A stretch of DNA of 64,000 nucleotides from Calcarisporiella thermophila CBS 279.70 (Eukaryota; Fungi; Calcarisporiellomycota). The stretch spans positions 116,196 through 180,195 of the forward strand of contig NW_027192217.1 of assembly GCF_041956535.1 (NCBI RefSeq). The letters are read 5' to 3'. Both the position numbers and the translations under genes were made by a program. Positions 11,923-21,539 of this stretch are shown here, piece after piece; the stretch's first letter is position 1, and each line of letters starts with the position of its first letter. A model generated the notes under the pieces. The model ran no database searches. It saw only the letters and a program-made list of their open reading frames with translations, and was not told the origin of the DNA.

Positions 11923-12867
11923 TTACATGACGCGGACGCGGCGCGGAGGGCAGTGCTGCTTGTACAGCTTGTCGCCGCTGGAGGCGCGACGCTTCAGTCC
12001 GGTGCGCACCGGGCGCTCCTCCCCCGCCGAACTCAGCTCGTCCTCCTCGTCGTCTTCCGCCTCCGCCTCCGCCTCCTCCTCTTCTTCGTCTTCGTCGCCC
12101 GCGTCCTCGTCCTCGTCGTCGTGCAGGACCGCGCGGCGGTTGGCGAAGAAGCCGGCATAGGTGGGGAAGGGCCGGGCGTCGGCGGCGCAGGCGTCGCCGC
12201 GGCGGGGGCCCAGGGGGATCCCCGCGCCCCTCCGCATGAGGGGCCGGAGGTAGCGGCGGCGGGCGTTGATGAACCAGTTGGAAATCTGGTTGAGCGTGAG
12301 CTTGGTTTGGCGGGCCAGCTCGTGCTTCTCCGTCTCGGTGGGGTATGGGTGCTGCAGGTGGCCGTTGAGCCAGGCGCGCAGGATGGCGGTGGTGGGCTTG
12401 GGCAGGTTGCCGCGCCGGCGCTTGCCGCCCTTGCCGGCGCCGGCGTCGAGGGCGGCCATGTCGCTGGACGTGGGCGAGGAGCCGTAGGCGGAGTCCGCGC
12501 CGGGGCTGCGCGGCGACACGTACATGCGCTCCATTTCGCGCGCGCGCATCTTCGCCTCATGATCCCGCACGTCTCGGAAGATGCTCGCCCAGCGCGACGC
12601 GTTCTGCGCCAGCATGCACTGCACGTGCCGCTTGTGCGCGGCATACTGCACGGGGTCGGTGGAGGGGTAGGGATGGTGGTTGTGGATCAGGATGACCGGC
12701 GTGAAGGCCCCCATCTGTGCAACGGGGGAGAGAGCGGGATCAGCACAGGCACAAGCGCCAGCCGCGAGCATGCCTGTTGCATGGCTCGCGGGGCCGGCCG
12801 GGGGGGAGAGGGCAGTTACCTTTCGCGAGTCGAATGGGGCCGGCATGGTATGCTTGTCTCGGGTCAT
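11923..12867 (-). CDS. TALE-class (KN/TGIF/Cup9-like) homeodomain transcription factor; start uncertain (frame open to 13134)
   Basis: KRRRGNLPKPTTAILRAWLNGHLQHPYPTETEKHELARQTKLTLNQISNWFINARRR, with the PYP loop and WFINARRR. Acidic C-terminus. Probable intron at 12715-12819. Confidence 0.88.
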   Translation of the reverse strand: MTRDKHTMPAPFDSRKVTALSPPAGPASHATGMLAAGACACADPALSPVAQMGAFTPVILIHNHHPYPSTDPVQYAAHKRHVQCMLAQNASRWASIFRDVRDHEAKMRAREMERMYVSPRSPGADSAYGSSPTSSDMAALDAGAGKGGKRRRGNLPKPTTAILRAWLNGHLQHPYPTETEKHELARQTKLTLNQISNWFINARRRYLRPLMRRGAGIPLGPRRGDACAADARPFPTYAGFFANRRAVLHDDEDEDAGDEDEEEEEAEAEAEDDEEDELSSAGEERPVRTGLKRRASSGDKLYKQHCPPRRVRVM

Positions 12868-14730
12868 GCAGCCGAATTCAATGGGGTTCCGGCGAGGGGG
12901 AGGGGGAGGATTAGAGACTGGCGTCGGAATTGGGCGGCCGTAGTATCGGCTGGCAGGGCGTGCGGAGCGCGGGTGGGTGTGGGGGAAGGGGAGAGAGCTA
13001 GGGCGGCTGCCAGAACAGGGAGAGGGACCGAACGAGAAAGGCAGGCGCGGCACGCTCAGGGTGTTTTTATATGTTCTGAGATGGAAACAAAAGCCCGCCG
13101 GTCCACAATGAGGGAATTTTATACTTGGGAACATCTTGCAATAGGGTGGTGGTACCGCGGCAGCCTAGCAATAATCCAGCGCAATTAGAGTTCGGCGAAG
13201 TTAAATCGCACGAAAATTAAGAAGACGGCGGCCCACGGCGGAGGTGAAGAGATGCAAGCAAGAGTTTGATTTTTTGGGTTAGCGTTGCCTCGGGAGATAC
13301 ATGCCCAAATTTTTCCTGGTGCACCCATCCGCCACCTGCCTTCATCTGCCATTCCCCGTGCCCGCTCCGCGACACAAGCAAACTCACCGCCCGCTTATGA
13401 GCTGCAGAGCGGCCGTAGCTCCCGAGAGACACGTATGCTTGCGCGCTGTGTGTGGGAGAAAGAAAAGGATCGCGCGGCCGCCGGCTGGCCTCTCCTCCCT
13501 GCGCACGGGGCGAGGGCGAGGGGGTGTGAAAAAAAAAACACAGTCCCGGTTAAGCTTCGGCTCTGTTCAACACGACATCACACAGCGTGTATATCCGGCC
13601 TATGGCGCGGCCGGCATCGGTGAGATCAGGAGAACCCACCGCGTATGCCTATGCAGCAACCACCGCAATAAAAGGTTGCAGGAGGTTTCGGTCAACTGAT
13701 CCCCTGCAATACGTCCCAGCAGGCCGGGTAATCTGCAGCTCGGAGGGCCCGGGAAGCCTGCTGGCCCCGGCTGCGGGCTTACCTCACCCCCGCGAACAAC
13801 GCCGGCCGCGCTCCGCGAGGCCGGCGGCAAATCCGGACGCACATGCATGCCTGCCTGCCTGCCTGCTTGCATCGCCTAACGACACGAACCCTCCCCCCCC
13901 TCTCCTGGCGCCCCTCCCAGCAGCACGCCCAGTCTTGTTCCCACGACTTGCTGCCATAAGAATGAAAACAAGGGATGCTTGAGAGCTTTCTTAAAGCCAA
14001 AAGCAAAACCCTAATCCGGCCCTCTCCCAGCTCGCCCAACTCTATTGAGGGAAAGCAGCAGCGCGCAACGGGGGTTGGCAGAGCTAAACCCTATCGCCGC
14101 ACTCCTATTCTAGGGTGAACCTAGATTCCCACTCAGATTGCGGCCCGCTTTTGACAGCCCCCTGACAACACTCCCTCTCCAGGCCCGTCGCCTCCCCCCC
14201 TGCTTTCCCGCTCCGCTCCCCCGCCCATTCCCTCGCTTCCCCTAGCGCACCGCCCGTGATTATATAACCTGGAACAGAGCAGAGTGCTGAGGCCCAATGA
14301 AACACTCCTCCAAACTCAAAACACAAAATGCATCATAATCAGGCATCCCTGGTGCTCTCTCTCCCCCCCCTCCTCCTCCCTGCCCAATCCCTCTCTAGAT
14401 CAGCCAAGACCAATCGCGGTTTATTAGCATCCAAAGCAAAAAAAAAAAACATTGGAATAGGAATGAAATTGAAATGGAATAGAAATCGTGAATTGGCACA
14501 CAGGTTGGGCTTGGGGAGCCGGCCTTGGACCTGGAACAAGACCACGCCCAAGGCTCCGGCCGGAGGCGAAGATGAGTGGGGGGGGGGGACGTCCTCCCCA
14601 TCCGTCTCAGATAAATAACAATAAGTGGATAGGAAAAATAAGAAACGTAAATGAGGAGAGTGGAAAGATAAACAATAAGGAAGCGGCAGAGTGGAGGGGT
14701 GGATTATTAGGTTTAATGAAGGAGTCGAGC

Positions 14731-15871
14731 TTATTTCTTGGGGGGCGGGGAGGGCCGGCTTCTTCTGCGCCTCATGGAACCGCGTCAGCACCGTCTCGCA
14801 CTTCGTCTCCGAACACAACTGCCTCAGCGCCTGCCTCTTCTCCAGCTCCGGATAGAACTGCAACCCCGCGGCCCGCTCCACCGCCTCCAGCGGAACAATG
14901 AACCGCTCCAGCGGGGTCGCGTCCGGGATGGGCGCGTTCGGCAGGACAAACGCCCCCGACGCGTAGGAGCCGTCCTCGCGGCGAGTCAGCACCACCTTGA
15001 AGAAGTGGGTCGGCACCGCGACGTTCGGAGGATTGCCAATGACCTGGTAGCGCACGTACCACTTCTGATCGCGCGGGTCCTGCTGCGGGAGATAGAGCGG
15101 CCCCGTGAACACCCATACGTCGCTGTACTTCTGCGCGAGCGTGCGGCAAAAGTTCTCGAAGTGGGCCCAGTCTGGTAGGTAGAGGAGGTGAGCCGAGTGG
15201 TTAGCGGAGGGGAGAGGCTCCAAGCCAAAAACACTTACAGTCCCGGTTGAACCCTTCCCCAACCTGAGGCGCGATGTTGGTCAACAGGAAGGTCTCGTCC
15301 ATGGCCTCTTGGCTCGTCTTCACATCCGCCGCCGGCACCATGTGCCCCCTGTCGTAGTTGCTCTTGTAGTAGTCGGCAAGGCGCGACCGGAACATCCCCG
15401 GCACCTCGGCATCCTCCTTGAACTGGGAATGCCCGCGATCGACCCCATCGCCCCGCTTCAGGCTCTCCTTGGTGATGTGCTCAGCCACCCAGTTGGGATT
15501 GCGGAACTGGCGATTGAAGGAGGAGACGTAGGCGGTGCGGTAAAGGAGGTCATTGACGGGGCCTAGATCATGTTTATGGCAATGTCAGTAATCCTGAATG
15601 AGAGGGCCAGTCCCCTGCCGCTCTATCGTCTCACGGCCAGCCACTTACCTGGGAATCCGAACGGAACAATCTCCTTCGCCTTATCCAGATGCGTGAGCGA
15701 CCTCGTACCCTGTTCTGCCGTCATGGGAGGCGCCGGCCGTTGTCCAGGGACCGTGGGTGGCTGCGGCGCGGTGGGCGAGGCTGGCTTCTTCTGCTGCGCA
15801 GACTGATAGGCAGCCATGCCGAGGGCACCCAGTGCCGCCCCTCCTGCGACATAAACCACACGTTGGAACAT
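14731..15871 (-). CDS. NUC1: Mitochondrial DNA/RNA non-specific endonuclease (Nuc1/EndoG)
   Basis: YDRGHMVPAAD, TFLLTNIAPQVGEGFNRDYWAHFE, TGPLYLP and NVAVPTHFFKV. Two introns. True stop inferred at 14731-14733 (LPAPKK*) if the G6 run at 14740-14745 is really G5. Confidence 0.93.
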
Positions 15872-16365
15872 GGCTACAAGGGATGAATTCTAGAGCTGAA
15901 AGCGATGCTCGGTTGGTCCCCTTGGGAGGGACACGCTTTTAAGTTTTCGGGTTTGAAATCTGAGACGTCATCAGAGTTGACTGTAAATCAACGGGGAGTT
16001 ACCCCTCTTTCTGAAATATCAGGAAAAACAAAAAGAAAAGCTGGAGAAGGGGCCTGACAAGCAGGATGAGCAAAGGAGCAGGAGCAGTGCATATGTGAAT
16101 GACCCCGTGGTTTCCTGCCTCACCCACCCCTCTATCAATGCGCTCCCCTCTGCGGCCCTCTACTCCCAAAATGAGCTCCAAGGGGTTTTGCATAGGAAGA
16201 GGAAATTCAGACATTTTGCACAAGCCACACGTACACAACAAAAGAAATCGAGGTAGGGCGTGGTCGCTCTTTATTCGCGCTCCTCTTTCGAACCATTTCC
16301 CCATCTCCTTTCGCTCTTTTTTTTTTCCTATCTCGCTTGAAAAATCACCGACACCACCAAAAAAT

Positions 16366-16704
16366 ATGAACGAGCAACTACAAGCTTTCATTGATGGCCC
16401 TCGCCAGTTCGTGAAGGAGGGCGTGCAGTTCATCAACCGCTGCACCAAGCCCGATCGCAAAGGTAACCGCGTGTTTTTTGAAGATGAGATGACGATTTTA
16501 TTGATCGAATGGGTTTTTGTAGAGTTCATGAAGATCTCGCAGGCCGTGGCCATCGGATTCTGCTTGGCCGGATTCCTTGGATATATTATCAAGGTAAGAC
16601 GCAAATTCCGTGTCGCTTCATGAGTGTATCCCTGCTAATCCTGTATCTCAACTATGTAGCTCATCCACATCCCCATCAATAACATCCTGGTCGGTGGAGC
16701 GTAA
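16366..16704 (+). CDS. SSS1: Sec61 translocon gamma subunit
   Basis: Three exons: MNEQLQAFIDGPRQFVKEGVQFINRCTKPDRK|EFMKISQAVAIGFCLAGFLGYIIK|LIHIPINNILVGGA*. Confidence 0.96.
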
Positions 16705-17113
16705 TGTAGACATCAAACCGAACTCTCCTTGTGTTTCATTTTATATAATTTTTTTTCTGGGATTGTAATTGAAAATATAATGTGTCTTGGAATCTATTTT
16801 TTTTATTTGCAAGTGCTATCGAAAATAGGATGATGCCCAAAAAGACAAGCCATCTCCTTCGCTCGCTTTCTAACTCTCCATAGCCTTTCTTGCCCCTAAT
16901 ACAGCCTCGAGTAGGTCTAAAGTTTCTTTATTCTATACAAGTATAAAGCCTCGCTACCCTCCAAATCTCCTTTGGCCGCGAGCCGTGGCGTGTTTTCGTC
17001 GCCTCTGCTGTCAAGCAAGCCCAAGTCGCAGGTATGCAAGCAGGGGTAGAGGGGGGAGATCAATAGGAAACGGAGAGAGTGGCTACTCCTAAAGACGCGA
17101 ACCAGGCAGCCGA

Positions 17114-17848
17114 TTAGGCAAACAATAGGTCACTTCGCAAGATCCACTTCTCTCCCTCCACCACCTCCTTCGCCTCATGCAAAAGGCAGTGGCGCCCATG
17201 CCGGTGCAGTAGCGCCATCCCGGCCCTGGGCTCGGCAACAACTTCTCCCCTCCCTTTCTCCAAGTAGAACACGGTCTCTCCTCCCCGGGCCACGCTGCTA
17301 AGGTAGATGAGGAGGGTCCACTCGGTCTGAATTCCGGAGCAAGGATCCTTGGTGGAATCATCGTAATGGGCGCCGAAGCGTTGTCCGGGGCGGTAGCGGT
17401 AAATCCGAATGTTGGAGTTCAACCCCACTGGTCTCCTTGACTTTGCGTCCCACACTTCGTTGCTCTGGGTTTCGCATACCCCTGCTAGCCCCGTGTTCCT
17501 CCAAAGCTGCTCAGCGAATTCGGGATCAACAAGCGAAACGCGATCGTTGTCCCGAAAGGCCTCCCCCTTTTTTGGCACAAGGCCAGGGTTGGCGGGGGTA
17601 AGGGGGAAGGTGGAGAGCGCATGGGAAATAAGCGAATGGCACTCCTTTGAGGTAAGAAGATCAATGGTGAGGATCTGATGAGGCAGCAGGGTGTGGAGAG
17701 TAAGCGAGCGCGAAGAAGGAGGAGGGTAAAGTCCAAGAGCGGGCCAAGGAGGATTCGATCGCCTTGAGGAGCCCTCGTCGGGCAGGTTTGGTTTGGACGT
17801 CGAGATCGATGTTTTGGTAGTTGAGGCCTTGGCCTTTCGCGGCGGCAT
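17114..17848 (-). CDS. Prolyl-4-hydroxylase-like 2OG-Fe(II) oxygenase
   Basis: Intronless ORF from MPPRKAK. Motifs IRIYRYRPGQRFGAHYD (HxD), TLLIYL, GGETVF, CLLHE and KWILRSDL. Confidence 0.85.
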   Translation of the reverse strand: MPPRKAKASTTKTSISTSKPNLPDEGSSRRSNPPWPALGLYPPPSSRSLTLHTLLPHQILTIDLLTSKECHSLISHALSTFPLTPANPGLVPKKGEAFRDNDRVSLVDPEFAEQLWRNTGLAGVCETQSNEVWDAKSRRPVGLNSNIRIYRYRPGQRFGAHYDDSTKDPCSGIQTEWTLLIYLSSVARGGETVFYLEKGRGEVVAEPRAGMALLHRHGRHCLLHEAKEVVEGEKWILRSDLLFA

Positions 17849-19371
17849 GTCAGTGCGCGATGGATACAGCGAGATAGGAGCGGAAAAGGGGAAGGAAAAA
17901 AAAAAGTGGGGGGGCTCCAACTAATTCGTCTAGTGAGAAGTGTATTCCTCCCACCCTCAAAGTAAAGGCAACTTTGAATAGTAAGCAGGAAAAGCCAGTC
18001 ACATGCTCGATTAAAGAATAACATACTCGTTTTCAGGAGGCAACCTCGAGCTCGGCCGTAGAATGGTCCCAAGCCGTCGCAGGGGTTGTAGAATAGCTGA
18101 TCCCATTGAAAACCCTCGTCGGGGCGTGTAGAGCTGGTAGGTGCGCCAATGCATTGTTTTCCCATTTTTCTTCTAAGCTGTCCGAGCGGCAGGATTTTGC
18201 ATATTCTATCTTGGGGCATATGAGGCCAGGTACAGAGGGAGAGGGCACTGGAAAAGGGAACAGGTCCTGACGAGTTACGGTTTTCAGCTGAACCAGAGGC
18301 CTCGCGATGCGGACGAATATGTCCCCTTTAGTAATCCTTTTTATCATACACAGCTGAGTGAAGAATTGGCCCAGTGTCTGTTCTGAAACCCCCCCCCCCA
18401 CCTCTTCACTCTTTCCTCCCACCTTGGCCTTCTCTCCCCTCCTCCCCGCCCAAATGGAAAGCCACGGCCCAGATATCTCCACCCCCCAGCTCGGCCGACG
18501 CCTCCCTCGGTGCTCGGAGAATTCACCCGTTCCTTCCTTAACTCGTATCATTCGATTTTCAAAACAAGTTAATATCTGACTCCCAGCCCTATTGGGCCCC
18601 GAAAAACACTCCTGCGCTTTTTCAAGCGGTCTTGGTTTTGTTGCAGAGCTTAAGTGACAAGGCCAAGCGTGATAAGATGAGATCGTTCAGTATGGTTTTA
18701 ATATAAAATGCAGAACCCTTTCAATGGAATGCGCGCGGTAGCAGGAGTTACTCATCGTTTTTTTTTTTTTTAATATCTTTCAGTTATAGCAATGGGCGGC
18801 TCTTTCTTCCTCACGGCCCCCTCCCGGCCTGACCACCTTGACTCAGGCATCGGCCATGGGAGGGGGTGGGGATGCCCCATGGCCCAAAGAAGCACCGGTT
18901 GACTCAACTTGTTGTGGTTGTTTGTTTTTTCTGCTCTTGCGCGGGGGCATCTCTCCTCTAGTTGGCCTTGGGCTCCCATCACGTGTGGGCACCGGGGCAG
19001 GGCTGCAGGCATCCGAGTGGTGGGCTTTCTGCGACCGCTTTCCTCATCTAACACAAGCCACGACACACCGCGAAGAACAGAGGGAGCAGAGGGGGAAAAA
19101 ATGGCGCGGTGGCAATCGTTGCATCAAACCATCTTCGCAAACTCCGATTTAATTAAATTCATATATGAACATCGTTGATGTAAATTAAAGTGCACGTACA
19201 TCGCTCTCCCCCCTCGTCTCTCCTCCTGCCCTCTTCCCTCTTTAGCATTATGGCTATGCATGCTTTCCTCTCTAGAAAAATGAAATAAAAAAAAAAGAGG
19301 GGCCTCGCTACACCCGTATTCCACTCGATCCAATACTCCATTGATTTTGATTACATGTTATCCCACTCGTC

Positions 19372-20946
19372 ATGCTATTTCCCAATTCATACACCAGGCT
19401 CGGTGCACACCGGCCATTGTTTGCACGGTGCATCGTTGCTCTCCCGCTTTTCCTGATTATATCACAAGCAATCGCCGATATCTCCAACGACTCCTCCCTC
19501 ATCCCGGGCCCTCGAATCGATCCATGCCTCGTCGCCAACGACGCATCCCTGTTCCTCGTCGGGGGCCATCCCGCTCCAGAGAAACCGGCAGTGATGGAAG
19601 CGAAGCTGCCTTTCTCAACCGGCATCCTCCCATGGGTAGAGATTCCCACCTCGGTCGTAGAGATGGATAGGGTGAGCCGTGGCGCTTGCATCGCGCTGGA
19701 TGGGCAGTTGGTGGTTTTGAGCGAGGAGGATCCAAAATCGTGGGGGCAAAAGATGGATGCGGAGAAGAACAAGCCCAATGCCATCAAGGCGGCCGATTCC
19801 CTTGCCCGTCCTATCGCTGGCCTGAGCAGGCTTTTGATGCTGGAAATCCTCGACCTCGACTCTCGTACCTGGCGCCTCCTCCTCCCCAACGGCCCCTGGC
19901 CCACTCTGCGCCCCCACTCGGCGCTGGCTGAGCTCTCCTCCCACCTCTTCTTCTATTCCTATGCAAATCAGCCGGGCTCCCTACCCGAGACGTATCTCCT
20001 CCGTACCAAAGACTGGGCGTGGGAGCTCATTCCCACCCAGGCCTTCACCCCCGCCCTGCTCCACCCCAGCATCGTGGTCCAGGGAAGCCTGTGCCTTGTG
20101 TTTGGCTCGAGGAGAGAGGAGAGTGGCGGGGGGTGGGTGAACGTGGTGCACGTATTCAACCCAAGGAGCCTGACGTGGTCCCCCCGCGCCTTCACGCTCC
20201 CCACCAAGTACGAAGCGATCTACGCGGCCGCCCACGAGGACCAGATTTTCTATGTCCCGCGAAACGCGTCCAATTCTGCCCCACCCGCCCGTGTGTGGCG
20301 GGTGCCGGTCGATTCCACGGGCTCCCCCACCCCGAGTGAGATCTCCTCTTTTGACGCCGAACTCCCCCTTGAGAGCTACAACACGGCCGTCCTCGCGGAC
20401 CGATACCTCGTGATGTATGGCTCCGGCGAACAAGGCCGAGGAGAGATCAGGGCGTTTGATATGAAGGCACGCGCTTGGACCAAGCGTCTGGGCGCCCTGG
20501 CGCCGGAGGACGACCCTGCCCTGGCCCCGATCTCCAACCCCGCCAAGTCGAGCGCTTCCCAAGGCCAGCCCCCTCCCGAGCGCAACCCCGGCGGCATCAT
20601 TGCCGGCGCCGTCGTCGCAGCGGCCGTCGTGGCCCTTGGCGCCCTTGGCGCGTTCCTATACGCGCGAAGGCGGCGCGAGAGAAAGGAAGAATGGGGATGT
20701 ATGCCTGGCTTTTGTTTTGAATCTACCCGTGAGAACGGCCCCCCCAAATCCTTTCCCTCTTCGCTGGAAGAGGCGACGGGGTCGGAGAAGCCCGAGTCCG
20801 GCGGCGATTCGGGCACCAACCTCCACCTCCTGCCCCAGCCGCTCGACCCCTCGGCGCAGAGGAAGGCGGAGCACCGGATCCGAAGCAGGTTCAAGGAGAT
20901 CCTCTCCGAGGCCCATCTCTCGTGCCATTCTGCGGACACCCTCTAG
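19372..20946 (+). CDS. Type I membrane protein with Kelch/galactose-oxidase-like beta-propeller ectodomain
   Basis: 524-aa intronless ORF. N-terminal hydrophobic signal, Kelch-like segments (LFLVGG, ILDLDSRTW, LVFGS...VHVFNPRSLTW, LVMYG...FDMKARAW), TM segment GIIAGAVVAAAVVALGALGAFLY followed by ARRRR. Confidence 0.7.
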   Translation: MLFPNSYTRLGAHRPLFARCIVALPLFLIISQAIADISNDSSLIPGPRIDPCLVANDASLFLVGGHPAPEKPAVMEAKLPFSTGILPWVEIPTSVVEMDRVSRGACIALDGQLVVLSEEDPKSWGQKMDAEKNKPNAIKAADSLARPIAGLSRLLMLEILDLDSRTWRLLLPNGPWPTLRPHSALAELSSHLFFYSYANQPGSLPETYLLRTKDWAWELIPTQAFTPALLHPSIVVQGSLCLVFGSRREESGGGWVNVVHVFNPRSLTWSPRAFTLPTKYEAIYAAAHEDQIFYVPRNASNSAPPARVWRVPVDSTGSPTPSEISSFDAELPLESYNTAVLADRYLVMYGSGEQGRGEIRAFDMKARAWTKRLGALAPEDDPALAPISNPAKSSASQGQPPPERNPGGIIAGAVVAAAVVALGALGAFLYARRRRERKEEWGCMPGFCFESTRENGPPKSFPSSLEEATGSEKPESGGDSGTNLHLLPQPLDPSAQRKAEHRIRSRFKEILSEAHLSCHSADTL

Positions 20947-21539
20947 ACGCTTTCTTCCCTTCTCTCTCCCACCCCTTTTCTCTTACCGGAATAATACTTG
21001 TCGAAGGCGATCAAATTAGGAGTCGCACCTTGATTTGTTTTTTGTTTCCTTCTTGGTTGGAACTTTTAGCTGTGCAGTATTTTTTTTTTAATTCCCCGCC
21101 ACCACCACCTCCTGCTTCTTCTTCCCTTCTTCCTCTCCTCTCTCTCCTCGATCTTGTGTAGACAACTTATTATTTAATAATGACCCTCTCAAAATGAATC
21201 ATCAACCATAAAAAGCTCCTAGTACCGAGACACTCATCCTTATAGCCATTGCTTCGAGGAGGGGAAAAAATGAAGAGAAGAAAATGAAAACAAAAAAGAA
21301 ACAAGCAGGTTCAATGCCGATAAACATAGTGGAAAAAGAGGGAAAGAGATAGGGTAATATACATGAAAGCTGTCAATTAAAAGGTGAAGGATAAAATAAA
21401 AAAAATTAAGAGTATTAGCGAGAAAGAAAAAGAGAAAAAAAAAGGATGAAGGAATAGAAAGAATGTAAACCAATACAGTCGAGAGAGACCAACAAAACAG
21501 AAAGAAAAATGATACACCAATGGGCGGCTACAATCCCTG

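Noticed and set aside
11836-13188. 450-aa + strand ORF
   Set aside because: Antisense shadow of the GC-rich TALE homeobox gene.
17485-18551. Minus-strand ORFs of 244 and 172 aa upstream of and overlapping the oxygenase, with an intron-like stretch at 17972-18026
   Set aside because: No recognisable domain, and splicing does not join them in frame to the oxygenase. May be 5' UTR or promoter.
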